A DNA stretch of 41,013 nucleotides from contig MU619357.1 of assembly GCA_025201805.1 (NCBI GenBank), forward strand, positions 17,004 to 58,016. Reading direction: 5' to 3'. The translations under genes were made by a program, and so were the position numbers. The notes below the pieces were generated by a model that worked only from the letters and a program-made list of their open reading frames with translations, searched no databases and was not told the origin of the DNA. Positions within the stretch are counted from its first letter, which is position 1. Every line of letters begins with the position of its first letter. This DNA is from Parasitella parasitica NRRL 2501 (lineage: Eukaryota; Fungi; Mucoromycota). Positions 25,983 to 39,944 of the stretch are shown piece by piece.

Positions 25983-27208
25983 TCATACTTTATTGTAACA
26001 CATTGTTTGTTGTTTATTATATTCCGTTTTTTGTTGTCTCATCAGCATTAATTGCTGTTTCTGTCGTTGTTCGTCTTGGTCTCCCTTAATCATGTCGTCG
26101 TCGCACGTATTAGGCACAAGCGGCAATCTCATGCTGCAGTTATTGCTATTTATTTGCTGTTGCTGCTGCTGCTGCTGCTGCTGCTGTTGATGTTGCTGAG
26201 GATAATAATGCACTCTAAGATGTCTGCGCATGTTACTATGAACGCTAAAACTGCGACCGCATCCTTGATAATGGCACTTGAATGGCTTCTCGCCTGTATG
26301 AGAGTAGATATGTATGCGCAGCGAGGAAGGTCTCGAGAATGATTTTCTGCAATGTTGGCAATGATATCTGTGATTTGTTACAGAGCTATTTTTAGCTGGT
26401 GGGGAAGCCGAAGAGGAAGGAGGTGAAAACGTCGTTCGCATTTCATTTGATGCGGATGGTGCCGACGCTGATGCTATTGCAGCTACTGGTACTTGTTGAT
26501 TAGCATGCATATGGTGGTGAGGTTGAAGCAACATAGTGGGTGGATAGCCGGATGTAGTATGAGCTCTTGCACGGCGAGGAAAATAGTGTACCTGTTGCTG
26601 CTGAGGCTGCTGATGATGTTGATGATGTTGGTGTTGTTGATGGAGATGATGAGGTGTGAAATAGCGATGTTGGTATTCTTGCAAATGCGGTTGTGGTTGC
26701 GAATGATGTGAATAAGGAGGAATAGCACCAAAGGCAGAGGCAGAGGCAGAGGCAGAGGCAGAAGAAAGGGGAGGCGCATATGATACATTATGGTGTTGAA
26801 CTCGATAAAAGGGAGCTTCGATAGAAGCTGATACAGTTCGTCGATGGCCCCCAAATGATGTCTGCGGGAGCCGCGTGTTGAATGGTTGTTGGTGAGAAGG
26901 TGTACAGCAAGAGTAAGACGGAGGAAGAGGAGTAGGAGCAGGTGAACAATGATAGCAAGGTATGCCAGCTGATGCCGATGATAGCTGCTGCAAGGATCGG
27001 GCAGCTTCCACTGCAGATTCCACACCCGCAGAAGAGCGACGATGATGGTTTTTTTCTGCATGAAAAACGAACAGTGAGTAAAATAAAGAGCACAATGGGT
27101 GAGATGGCAGGCAAACTTACGATGCAACGTATCCGTTGGTTTTGCGTTCAGTAAGCCCTTAAACACATGTTTAATGGGAGGTAAAGTAACTTGTTGTTGT
27201 TGGCTCAT
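25983..27208 (-). CDS. Two-finger C2H2 zinc-finger transcription factor, FlbC-like
   Basis: Exons 27208-27121 and 27055-25983. Fingers CQHCRKSFSRPSSLRIHIYSHTGEKPFKCHYQGCGRSFSVHSNMRRHLRVH; N-terminal TLPPI motif; His/Gln/(SA)n low complexity. Confidence 0.88.
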
Positions 27209-27296
27209 GCTTGTATTGTGTGTGTATATAGAGAAAAAACGACACGAGAATATCCACAGCTAGTGTTCCATCCCATTTTTACTCTTTTCGAGCTAG

Positions 27297-27327
<31 letters not shown>

Positions 27328-28217
27328 AGAGACGAAAACAGGAGAAAAAAATAAGCAAAAGACGAATAGGCAAGTGCTACTCTTTTATACGTTTTCACAC
27401 AAGAAAGAGAAAAAGATCAGCATGGTCAAATGATATATAATTTATCGCAGATCGATGTCTCGTTAAAAACGCCCATTGCATGTTTATTATGTCTCAAAAA
27501 TATGCATCAGATGAAACATGGTCATTTTATCTGCATAGAAAGCTGAAGCCTTGGTGCAACCATCACTCCTTTCTTTTTTTGTAATTAATCGAACGTAAAT
27601 TTATTGCAAGGACTTTGATGTGTTTTTTAAAAAAGAACCAAATTAGTTTATTGAAAGTTAATATAGTTTAGGATTATAAGCCAACTTAAATTTTACCAAA
27701 ATGTAAATTTTCAATTGTTGGTTAATATATTATTGTTGCTTTTTAAAAAAGAGAGAGAGAGTTGTGAAAAGAAGTAAATTGGCTGAAATATATATTTTGA
27801 TATAGATCTGTATATATGATTTTAGTACTCCTCAAAACAGAACTTGATATTTATTCAGGTCTGTGCGTTAATGGTACATTTAAAAAGTTGCTGTGAACAA
27901 AAATCTAGGCTTTGTTATTTAAGGAGTAGGCTTTTATCGTGCTCTCCGAAAGAAATAGCTTAATCTCTGAGCAGAGATCAACAGAAGTATTTGTTTATAA
28001 AGAGTTTGTAAGCAAGCATACACACATCTACTACCGTAATCTCATTCCTGTTGTCTTCTAATCAATCTTGCCCGCTCTATTTATATACTACACATGATCT
28101 ACGAGGCTATTAACGGGCAAAGATAATAATTGCATGGCTCAAAATGGGTTTATCCGCACTGTTTAATCCATCAGAGAATTGTCATTTTGTGCTGAGAGAA
28201 TAGCCCTGAAAATGAGT

Positions 28218-29390
28218 TTATTTTTTACCAGTGGTTTGGCGATACATGTAAAATTGGAAGAATATCTACATCGAAACAAGAAATGAGAACGATTCTTTGT
28301 TCAACCACATTTTTCCACTTACAGTAAAGTCAAAGAACAAAGTGCCTCCTGAGCCCAATAACCAAGGGTAGTTGATTAATAAATAGGTAGGTTCGGTTGA
28401 TTCCAACATGATACTCTACCAGAAGAGGGTAAATACTAAATCATGAACCATAGATCTTCATTACTTACCACGCAATAGGTAATATTGCCCACCACACTGA
28501 ATATAAACATTATTAGGCTAAGTCCCTCCACACTTTCGTTTCTAAAATTTTGCATGATTTGGGGTATACGACTGACGCAGTACAGCAGAGCACTTCCCCA
28601 ACCTAATAATTGAGGAATCAAATGCCACTGACTCATATCTACTTTTTTTTGGCCGGGCCCAAAGAAATACAGTGCAGATCCGACCAACAATCCAGTCCAT
28701 AGCAATATACTGGATACAAAAAAGAGACGTACGACATATCGAGTGTTGAGAGATTGTGGCGAGTGAATAGTGGTGAATGATGCATGGCTTTTGCTATTTA
28801 GTATATTGCCGTTCGTGGATAATAGCGATGTGCGTTCATTCGTAAAATCGTTACAGGAGCTGGAGCTTGCGCTGGAAGACGAAGAAGAGACGGGAGTAGA
28901 CTTACGGTGGTGGGGTATGGCAAGATCTGATTCTCCCGCTCCATAATCATTCACAACAACTTCTTCAATATGGTGTTGAGGATAGACAGTACGGTAGTAA
29001 AAGACTTGTCCCATCAATAAACAATCAGCAAATAGATAATATAATGCCAGTAATAACTATGAAGGAGTAAGGATGAGTCATGACTTGATAGAAAATAGAA
29101 CAAAAAAAAAATTTTTTTTTTTATACCATGGTGAACAACAGATTTTCGAGCACGATACCAAACAAATTTAAGATGTCTCCTAAAATCCAGAGCGATAAAA
29201 ACTGCACAGAGACACCATCTGTATTTTTCCTCGAGTAGTTTTCGTAAAATTGGCTAATTACATATGATATGTAAATTGACACATGTGTGGGGAAGATATC
29301 CTAAAAAATAAAAACCTACGGAGTAAACACCACAATCCAACAGCCGATACTAAAATAACCAAACAGCTTTGCGAATAGTTCAGTATCCAT
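28218..29390 (-). CDS. PQ-loop vacuolar cationic amino acid transporter (Ypq/PQLC2-like)
   Basis: Five exons: GYFSIGCWIVVFTPQFYENY..DGVS..FL..WILGD, second PQ loop SRIPQIMQNF..SVEGLS, PWLLGSGGTLFFDFTIFFQF, stop at 28220-28218. Confidence 0.88.
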
Positions 29391-31664
29391 TATTGCTTGA
29401 TTGAATCCTGTTTGCAAAAATTGTATGAGCTATACTTGAAAAAAAAAAAAAAAGAGAAAAAGCCTTTTTGTAAAACATCTTATAACATCCTCGATTTGAA
29501 ACTCCCAGTTTCATTACAAGCAGTTTGAAGCTTTTTTCTTTGCATAATCTTTAGTGTAAAACGACTTTATAATATCCGTATTCGTATGCATATAGATTAT
29601 GAAGATAAGGGAGAAATGTAATATAAATATTGAAGAGTCTCACTCCTTTTTTTTTCTGAAAATCAGAAAAAAGGTATCTATTATTTGGATATCATATAAA
29701 GTCCTATTTATTATTGAAACTCGTTCAAAATGTTACGACAAAACATTTGATGTTTTTTGCTCCCAACAACTCAGACTCTAATTTCAAGAGCAAGAGAAAA
29801 AAAGAATTAGATTAAATTTATTAGATGTATATAGGCATATTGCAATATCTAAACTTTGATCTGATACATCGCGCATACTATGTTAGTTTTCTTTCTGAAT
29901 TGCGCCCTGGTTTTTGACATTTGTCATCTTGCGATCATTCGGAAAAAGTGTAACGATTTGAAACAATCTGGTATTACTTGTTTACTTATGCGGTCAAGTG
30001 CTTCTCATACAATAAACAATGGCTGACACTAACTTTGATGTTTTTGCAGTTAGGATGCGTAAAGGCGAAGTACTAAGACTCTACGAAGACCGAATTCAGG
30101 GAAGTTTTTTTTTTATAATATCAATAACTTTTATAAAAATGCATACGGGTTGTTATCCATCTGCCAGTTCAAAGGTATAAATGATTTCTATAACTCTCAT
30201 TCAATTCTCCCAGATCACTAACACTAAACTTATGATTTTGTGGCATTGTTAGAGATCAATTTTTTGGATTACGTGCATTCAAACATGGCAAGTTTATTAA
30301 TAGATATAAAACTTGGAGATGCAAGGTACTTGATTACTAACCTTAAGATGTAACATCGATGAACTGTAAGCTTCATGCGTACATATAGCAGGAGGTACTG
30401 TACACTTTACTTTCTACAGCTATCTGTGTCCTAAACCGGTAACAACGAAGATAAAGCCAATCTTAAGGGATGGGTAAAGTTACTAAAGTATGAAAGTGAC
30501 ACCAATGCTGCCTACAAGGCAATTTTTGTGCCTAAATAAAATTTTAGTGCTTGACCTCTATGAAAGCTAACCGACAAAACAAAGTATTTAAGTTGTTTCA
30601 ACAAGAGGAGTAACAGAGTCTGAGAATGTCGTACGTCGTTTGTGGTTCGTCGTATGTGGCACAAATTATTGGTAGTTTTGTTATACTACTGCCAAACGTA
30701 TACTTGCATAACTAGATACTTAAAAATCGATTTTTCTACTGGAAAAACTTGTAATTTTTTCCAGCAAGCTTATCGTCAGGAAGGCACAATAAAATGAATA
30801 ACTGAGCGAATATAACACTGTTTAATCATCAATATACTGGCTTTTTAAAACTTTAAACGTCTAATTTACACTCAAGTGGTTTCAAGAGCCCATACTTACT
30901 GCTATCTGGTGCGTTTTAACCGGGATCATCATCCTAGCAGCACTTTATTTTTAGGGTTTATGGTATTTAGTTTTTTATTGTAACCAGAATGCTTTGGAAA
31001 AACAGAGTGGCATGCTTCGGTTTGAAGAGGGAAATGCTGAAGACTGAAAACTTAGGAGAATCCTCTGTTTCAGTAATAATGCATATTATTGTTGATATTT
31101 TGCGCAATAAGAAGGGAAATCAAGTAATACTCTGATAGTAATAATCATGCCGTTTTCTGAAGCATAATACAGACTTTATTTTTTTCTTTATCGCTGCTGT
31201 AATTTCATATTAAAATTGGTGTTATCAGCACTGGTGAATTTACAGATATTAATGAAAAGACCAATCCAAACGTGTTCGCCAGCTAGTATTAGTGTTGTGC
31301 CAGTGTCAAAGGGCGCAGCGGTATGTTGTGTAACTGTTATATGAAAGAAGTAATAAAGACTTTTTCTAAACAAAATCAGGTACAAAACTGAAGACTTTTG
31401 TTGACACAAGATTTGATCTCTATTTATACTATAAAATATATCCCTATCAATGTTTATCCTCATAACATCTGATGTTTGACAAGAAGTGTCAAACCTTATT
31501 AAATCACAGCATTTCCAGGACAGATCTCTCTTTCTATTTTACATTAAAGAGAAGATTGGGTAGGATGTCTTCCTGACGACATCCCGCGATCTGATCTAGA
31601 TGTATTCTTTGAATAAGCCTGGAACCTTGCAAGACGTCCAATTACAACTTGTAGCTTATTCCTT

Positions 31665-32108
31665 ATATGTAAAAGAATTACCAACAATTAATATCATGAT
31701 CCGTGCATTATGACTAAGTTAGATATGACATATGTAGCCTTTATATGGATACAACAAAGTAGGTTATTCATGTAAGTAACACAGATCTGAGCACCAGGAT
31801 AAAGGTTAAGGCACTGTCAGATCAAAGACGTGTAGCCCTTGTTGTATAACCTTACGATGTACCCTGTCAAGTAGATTGTCACAGTGAATTAGTTTTGTCA
31901 ATTAGTAAATAAAGTATCTTTAAGTTTTCGTATCTCATTAACATTTGGTTTTATTTTATCTTTTTTGATCTAACAGATTTGCTGTAAGCATTTTGGTCTA
32001 AAGGTACACATGTCATTGTTGTATCCACGTAAAGGTTACATATTTCATATCTAACTTAGTCATAATGCACGGATCACGATATTAATTGTTGGTAATTCCT
32101 TTATATAT
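31665..32108. mobile_element. MITE / non-autonomous DNA transposon with ~93-bp terminal inverted repeats
   Basis: 31665-31757 is the reverse complement of 32016-32108 with 7 mismatches by my alignment. No internal ORF; TA-rich termini. Confidence 0.8.
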
Positions 32109-32836
32109 TGTATTATTTTTAAAATCATTGTGCTAGGTAAAAGCCTTATTATTACTAGTAGGGCATATGATGTACCAGGCAGCTTAATATGTAGTGATCC
32201 CAAGTTCAATGTTTATTGCATAACGACTTGGAAAGTAGCTACTTTATGTAAAGATGCAGATGTTTTCTTCAATAAAAGAGCTTTGTGTTATGTAATTAAC
32301 TTAAGCAAAACAACATATGGTTATTATACCTTTGGTTTCAACATTGATAAGCGTTTATAGATTCTAGTCGATGTATCAAAATTCTCTCCACAAATGTGAT
32401 CATGTATTTGAGCAAATATTACAACGAACGTTGGCAATTTTTCGCTAGACACTTCAGCTGGTTTATATGTTCTACGAACTTTTTCAATACATGTTGTGCA
32501 TATATTTAAAGCCTTCGCCTCACACGTTGGTTATACAACATGTTGTTGCTTTATCTTGAATGGAAGTCAAAGTCCCTGATTGTTAAACCGCAATTGCTTG
32601 TTACTGCTGTCGCTATACTCTCTTTATTGTATTTAACACACATTAGTATTTCGCCTCCAAAACATGATGCTAGATGACGATAACGACAAATGATTAAACA
32701 TCTCCTTAAGAATACTTTTCATCACACACCCAAATTCCTTTTTTGTAAATCGATTATTGTAAAACAAAACAATAATAATTATGCATGAGAAAGTTCTTTT
32801 TTTACAACCACATACAAGTACATGTTGATTATCATG

Positions 32837-34521
32837 TTATAGCATGGTTTTAACAAAGGCTGTAGCTATCTTGACACCATTTGGAACTTGCCTATCTATT
32901 TTATCAAAAGTTGAATTGGAGACCAATTCAGAATGTTGATGTAGCAAATCTACTTCCTACAAAATCAATTAATTGGTTGCAATACGAATTTCCCCAATTT
33001 GTACAAGAGTACCTTGTGTAGCGCCTTTCTCAAGTTTTCATTATTTGTAATTACCAATGCCTGTGCCTCTAAATCTCGTTCACTCGATCTTTGTCCAAAA
33101 TTAGGAGATCCAATCATGGTAGCTGAAGGTAACCTTTCGTCGTCGCCCAAGCTCACCCACAATCCTTTAGCATGGTAAGTCCATCCTGGTCGTTTATATT
33201 CTTCGATAGATATCTCGGATTGTCTTCCAGCCTTCTTTACTTGCCTATAAAATTGTCTCTCTATGAATGTATATGCTGGAGGTAAAAATCTTGACACTCC
33301 TTTAGAATTGAAAAATCCATTAGCTTCCGGCGAGGCAGTTAAGAACCTAAAACGGGCACAGGTTTTTAAAATGAAGGCTTTGTATCTCTCGGTAAAATTA
33401 AAGTAACCAGAAGTAAGGTGAATGGTCCAAGGATTGTCTTGTTGATTATTGGCGATGTTGAGTAGTTCTAATGTCAGTCTTTCATCTTGACGGATATGAA
33501 AGGGCCCCATCTGAATTACTGGCAGCACAGCTGTATCTGCATCGCTATCATCTTGTAAATGCTCTCTTTCTTCATTGAGTTGAATGAACTGCTGTATGCG
33601 TTGACTAACTTGACGTCTATATTTTCTACTTTCTTTGACAGGATCAGCAATGCCCTGTCGAACAGTGAGCGAATAAGATTGCTCCCGATTTCTAGGTAAA
33701 CCAAGTTGGTATGAACAGTCTGACACCAATTTCAATAGACTGTGATAGTAACAGGCCAATTCTTTTTGATTATCGAATATTATGTAACGATCTTGGCGGT
33801 TTGTAAAGTAATCTGTACTTAGGTTAGCACTTTCAGAAATAATATGTTTAGTATATTGTTTTCTTTGTATAATAAACACCCAATTACCCGCTCAACATTA
33901 CAGAATTGTCAAATCCATAAACTTTTAGATGCATTAAACCAATGCTTTCGTTGAATCTTTGAGGCAAAGTCTTTTTCAAAATGCCTGTAAGATCGGGTGT
34001 ATGGTACATAGCAATTTTGATTTGATCTGGATAATCCCTAATTAAAGGTAAAAGCAAAGTTGCAGAACTTTGACCCTTGGATGCCCTTGTTCCTCTTAGA
34101 CAATCTATCAATACACAAACTTGAAGCTTTGGAGTTTTTTTTAACGCTAGACGTAGCGTATCGACCTATATAAAAGTTTTAATTGAATATCTTTTAAGTT
34201 TTTAACAGTAGCTTACTAATTCTTGTTCACTTTGGCCTATATACAATGCTGCAATGAATACGCGTTCTTTAGCAGATAAAATACTAGACTGCATGTTACA
34301 ATGAAATGTTAGAGGAGAAGATACATGTGATTTGATAATATTACTTTTAAATGTGAATAAAAATCAGATGGCTGATAGAGTGGTTTTATATTGTCTCCAT
34401 TTGTATAAAAAGTAGGGGCGTACTGTTGTAGAGCTGCTAGTACATTTGTAGGCTTGTTTTTCAGAACTGATTTCGTTGTCAGGGTGCGAAATGATGTTTT
34501 ACAAATAGTTTTTAGCAGCAT
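32837..34521 (-). CDS. PGS1: Mitochondrial phosphatidylglycerophosphate synthase (PLD superfamily)
   Basis: Five exons. Basic/hydroxylated presequence MLLKTICKTSFRTLTTK, IAALYIG, DCLRGTR, RFNESIGLMHLKVYGFD, SGANLSTDYFTNRQDRY, WTYHAKG, IGSPNFGQRS..RDLEAQ. Confidence 0.93.
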
Positions 34522-35219
34522 TTGTTTAGAATAGGAGGTTGAAGGGCTAAATAAGCACAGACTGAATTCTTTCCCATTTTGCATTACACCACACTACACT
34601 ACACTGCACTACACAACAGACGATCATGGGTGTTTGCATCCTTCATTCTTGACAGTCACTGCTACACTCTATTCGCTATTTAACAATAGCAACATTTCGC
34701 CCCTTTTTCTTACTCTCTTTTGTCATTTCAGTAGTGTGAAAATTATATTGTGGTTTCTTTATTTTACCCCTATCTTTTGATAATAATAATCAATTATTTT
34801 AATCATCTATACGAAAACAATGACCATTTGTAAGAGTCTAAAAACGTTGGTTGTACAAAATAACGACATTATTAAAAATCGTTTCGTTCTTGATCATTAT
34901 TTAGCATAAACCTCGTGGATCATTTGTGTTATTTTCTAAATTATCTCAAACTATAATAAAATTTCTAGGCAAGGCTTCATGTTCCTTATACTATAGATAC
35001 AAATTTGATTAAAAAAACATTTTGCATCCAAATAAAGGCTAAATTCAGGGCAGCATGGTAACTGATGATTTATTTTACCAAAAAAAAGAGGTCTCAGAAT
35101 TAATTGGCGGGTGTAACAGTAGTTAATAAGTTATTATATTGGTACAAACATTGCCTTCTACTCTTTCTTTCTTTTTCTTTCCTTGTTTTTTTATCAATAA
35201 TCTATTTACTCCTTATAAT

Positions 35220-37947
35220 ATGATAGAATCACCTATTATTACTGACTCTATAACCAATAAGCAAGCAACAAAGAAAGAGTCTATCTACCATACATGTCGT
35301 TCAGTATTAAATGCGCTCGAATATGTCGACGGATTTGATAAATTTATGGTGGATATAAATAATCAAGAGATTGCTGCAACGGATCCATTAACAAAATTGT
35401 GGCATATATTTAAAGATGGATCCAGTCTATGTTATCTATACAATACTTTAAAACCAGATACTCCTATCACGGCTAGTAAAAACAACTCCTCAGCAGCAAA
35501 CAAATCGAAAGCATGTGTGTATTATTTCATTATTGCATGTAGAGATCAATTGCATTTTCCAGAAGATACATTATTCACTGTGACCGAATTATTTCAAAAC
35601 GATACCAATGGATTTGTCAAGGTAGACATAGGGTAACCCTAGAAACAAAATACAACTGTCAAACTAAATACTCGTTGCTATGGTAACTTAGGTTGTAAAC
35701 ACCGTAAAACGTATTTTGGATCTTTTAGAGGAACAAGAGATAATCCATGTGGATACTTTAACCGAAAGTACTTGTCTAACAACTGAATCTCCTAAAGATA
35801 TGCGAGATAATGTCGTTTTTGAACTACTATCAACGGAAAGAAAATATGTACAAGATTTGGAATCATTACAGGTATAGAAAAATTATTCTAGACCTTCAAA
35901 ACCTGACACTAAGGCTAACTAATGTTATTTATAAACCCAGAATTATATGCGAGAGGTATCGACACAAGACATACTTTCACAAGACACAATGCATTTTTTG
36001 TTTGGAAATCTGAATGCTCTTGTGGACTTTCAAAGAAGGTTCCTGGTTCAGATTGAATATCAAGCAGCACATCCATCAGGAGAGCAGCGATTTGGCCTTC
36101 TATTCGAAAAATTTGAAGAAGCATTTTCGGTCTATGAGCCTTTTTGTGCAAATTTTCAAATTGCACAAGATCTAGTGGTACAAGAATCACCCAAACTTCA
36201 AAAGCTAGCCAACATCATGTCACCAACCTATGAATTACCATCTATGCTGATCAAACCAATTCAACGTGTTTGTAAATACCCACTTTTACTACAACAACTC
36301 ATCAAAGCGACACCCGATGATTGGAAATACTGTGAAGAAAACAAAACAGGATTGGAAGCCATTCAGAGAGTAACAAAAAAGGTCAATGAGACCAAGCGAT
36401 TACAAGAAAACATTCTCATTGTGCAAGATCTGAAAAAACGGATTGTAGACGACGCAGCTAGTAATCCTGCTATTATTGTTGAAAGCGCAGGCCCATTACT
36501 ATTAACTGACAAATTTACATTACAACGCCATGATAATGACCATAGCAGAGAAATGCTGGTATTTTTATTCGAAAAGCTCATTCTGATCTGCAAGGAGATT
36601 AAGGATGTAAATAAGAATACAATTACAATTAAAAAAAAGAGAAAAGAAGGATCACTAGTTGTAAGAGGAAAGGTATTATTATCACGTATTGAGCATGTTA
36701 AAGGATCGTCTAGCCAGAATGGTAAGTTTATAAATGTAAGAGGTCAAAAAATTTCACATTAATCTCCTTAAAAAAAAAATAACAATTTAGGCCACTACAC
36801 TTTACATTTATCCTGGATGGAAGGCGACACTCAAAATATATTATTAAAGTGTAAAAATGATGAACAATTAAGAAAATGGTTGGGTGTCATCATTGAACTG
36901 AAGGAATCAACTACTAAAGTTGATATGATATCTGCACCATATACACCACGCATGGAAACCAACAACCCATTACTTCATTACGATGACGACGAAGAAGATT
37001 ACTACGAGGCTGAATCTACATTCAATAACTGTGAAGATGAAGAAAATGCTTCAAATAGCCCCATATTCATGAGAAACAGATCAAATAGTTATCAACATCA
37101 CAGGCTGCCAAACGAAGTATCAAGTAGAAAGACATCTCTTTCTAACAATAGTTCAGTTCGTCATTTTATTAATGGTGTGCCTGGAATGGCATTACCTCCT
37201 TTGCCAAGGTCACCTACAAGTCAAGCTACTCCAAGCAATGCAAGTGTGTCCACTGTTCATTCAGCTGATTCAACCTTGTATTCCCCATCCAATCTATCAT
37301 TTCCATCATCGCCACCCACCAGCTATCCACCTTCACCTACATCAAATAACAATACTACAACTAATACTACAACTAATAATAACAATGATAGCTCAACACA
37401 CAGCAGTATTCTACCATCTGGTGCACTCTGGCAAAGAAGACAACAGCAACCATCAAAAGCAAATGATGAAATCACACCAACTCATTCCAGCAGTCAGTCT
37501 CCTTATGTGAGGGCAAGATCCCAGAGTAGCCCAAGTTTTCAGAGACCCATTCACAATCATACCACGGCACCAGAATTACCAACATTGAATAATATCAAAC
37601 AAGATAGTAAGAGAAAAAGTAATGGTTACCGATATGAACTACCTACAACACCAGCAACTCCATCTCCTTTATTATTCAACCAACATGCTACCACAAAAAT
37701 CAAAGTGCATTACTTTGGTGCAATCTATGTTGTTGTAGTTCCAACAGATATCGAATTTGACGAACTCCAACGTCGAATTGAAATGAAGATCAAATTATGT
37801 GGACAGGAATTCGGAACCTCAGCTTTGGGCTTAAAATATGAAGATGAAGATGGTGATCTTATTACTATTAGTTCTTCTGAAGATGTTCAGATGGGTTTTG
37901 AAAGCAGAGGCCCAAGTAATTCAGTTAATCTTTATGTAACATATTAA
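35220..37947 (+). CDS. CDC24: Cdc42 GEF Cdc24/Scd1 (CH-DH-PH-PB1)
   Basis: Four exons. CH domain (DPLTKLW..G..LCYLYN, FTVTELF..DTNGFVKVV), DH (ELLSTERKYVQDLE, LIKPIQRVCKYPLLL), PH (VFLFEKLILICKE), PB1 (KIKVHY, LKYEDEDGDLITISS). Confidence 0.93.
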
Positions 37948-38121
37948 TAAATTATAATTGTTTACTCGGTTAATTTTATTTGAATTGTAACTGTATTCAT
38001 GCCATTTTCTGTGATTTTAAGTTTGAAGCGGACTTGGTCCCTCGTAGGCTTGTTACATAAAAATGATGAACTATTTTTTTTTCACTCTCTTTTCTTGAAA
38101 AATAAAATAGAAAAAAAAGGC

Positions 38122-39944
38122 ATGGCTTCGCTTAAACAACAAGAAAAAGTGGTATTTTTGAACTCGCAATATCAAGATAATAGTGAATTGATTACAAGAT
38201 TGCAAGACATACTACTATCAGACATAGTATCGATGGAATTAACGATCAATGAATTATACGACACAACAGAATATATAAAAGACAAAGGTAACCATGTTCC
38301 CGTATTTGCAATCTTTAATAATTAATTTTTTGCCATAGTAACCATATTTCGATTCCTAAGAGAATGTAAATTCGACTTTGATCAAGCACACGCTCGATTG
38401 TTGGACACAATTTCATGGAGAATAGAATATAAGATTGATCAGCTTACTTTCGAGGACGCCATTGAATTTTTTGATCAAAATGGCTTTGTATTTTTTCATG
38501 GCACAGACAATACAGACAGTCATCCGCTCGTTTTTGTACAACTTCGTTATTTCCCCAAGCAATTTAAAGAGAAAAAATCACTGACTCAACATATTGGACC
38601 GTTTGCTTGCTTGATCATGGAAATGGCAAGAAAATTAACATGGAAAATGACATGTGATAAAACTAATAAAGGAGAACCGTGTGCGCTTGTCTCCAGAATG
38701 ACAGTGCTGGTAAACGTATCAAAAGCACCGCTGATTCCTATTGTAGGTCAAAAGCAAACTTTATGCAGTGCTTTCTTACTAATTGCCTTTTTAAGGACTC
38801 TGAATTAATCAAGACAATGGGTGTTATCCTAGACGAAAGATTCCCAGGATTCATCAACAACATTAATGTTTTAAATTTCGGTTGGATGTATCAAGGCGTT
38901 TGGTCCCTATTAAAACATTTATTGAGTGAAGATGCTAAAGAAAGTATACATTTTACAACTGTCAAGGACTTGCGACCGATTATATGTGAGGATCGCATTT
39001 TGAAAGATATGGGTGGGACAAATGATTATGTTTGGACGATTGAATCAGATCGAGTATTGCAAGAGTACGGCTGTGGTCATCAAAAACGCCGCTATGAAGC
39101 CGAGTTATTACCAAATACACCGCCCTTATCTTTGCAAGAAAAAATCAGTAGATCTAGATCCAATTCCGTTATAAGTAGTAGTGACGAAGATGAATTTTTT
39201 GATGCAAACGATGTGTTGTTACCGTCACCGCAACCATTGCCTTTAGTTCCACCGCCAGTATTACATGAATTACCACCATTGATTGCCCCAATTCGTTCAG
39301 ATAATAAAACGGCAAGTCCATCAGTAAAGTCACTAAATACAGCTACCCCTCTAACAAGTTCGGCTACTTTACCTGGCACGTTCCTTCACAATACAAAATC
39401 TTATTATGGCAATCTCACTTCATGGGCAGGCTTACGAATGGGTGTCAGCTTTCTAACTTCGTTCGTTGATACAAAGAAGTCTAGGTCACCATATAAATCG
39501 ATTGATGGATTACAGGCTTTTGAAAATTCTGATCCTTCATCCGTTATTGTGGTAGAACCAGCTGAAGGAACAACAATATCAGCCACAACGGCAGCGCCAA
39601 CAGCACTAAAAATAAGTAAAGCAACAAATTATCCCACTGGCACATTATCTACATCCGCAAATAATGCCCAACATTTACAACACATACAATTTTTCTTTAA
39701 GCGGTTGACTCACCAGCTGTTGCAATTGACATTTGGACCCAATAGGGGATTTATATACTGGGTTGTTTTATATGTTTTTTTCAGGGTTCCAGTGGAGACT
39801 TTAGTAAGAAGGTCGTTGTTACGATTTACCTTGGTTGCTCCAAAGAGATTGTCGACATTAACCATTGGCATTACAGCTGCAATTGCAGCTGCCATAAATA
39901 CCGGTGTATCAGGTGCACTTGAAAGGCTTAAGAAGGATGAATAA
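38122..39944 (+). CDS. CRAL-TRIO (Sec14-like) lipid-binding protein with FFAT motif and hydrophobic C-terminus
   Basis: Exons 38122-38287, 38339-38742, 38796-39944. CRAL-TRIO_N TIFRFLRECKFDFDQA..L.DTISWR, ERFPGFINNINVLNFGWMYQGVW, DMGG; SSSDEDEFFDAND; ends LKKDE*. Confidence 0.85.

Noticed and set aside
26052-27208. Overlapping 241-aa and other ORFs in the C2H2 gene
   Set aside because: The 241-aa ORF is exon 1 read through the intron into a wrong frame. The others are repeat shadows.
28065-28126. ~10-bp stem followed by AGATAA (H-box-like)
   Set aside because: No convincing second hairpin or ACA box, so a snoRNA is unsupported.
34585-34614. (ACACT)n short repeat upstream of PGS1
   Set aside because: Ordinary microsatellite.
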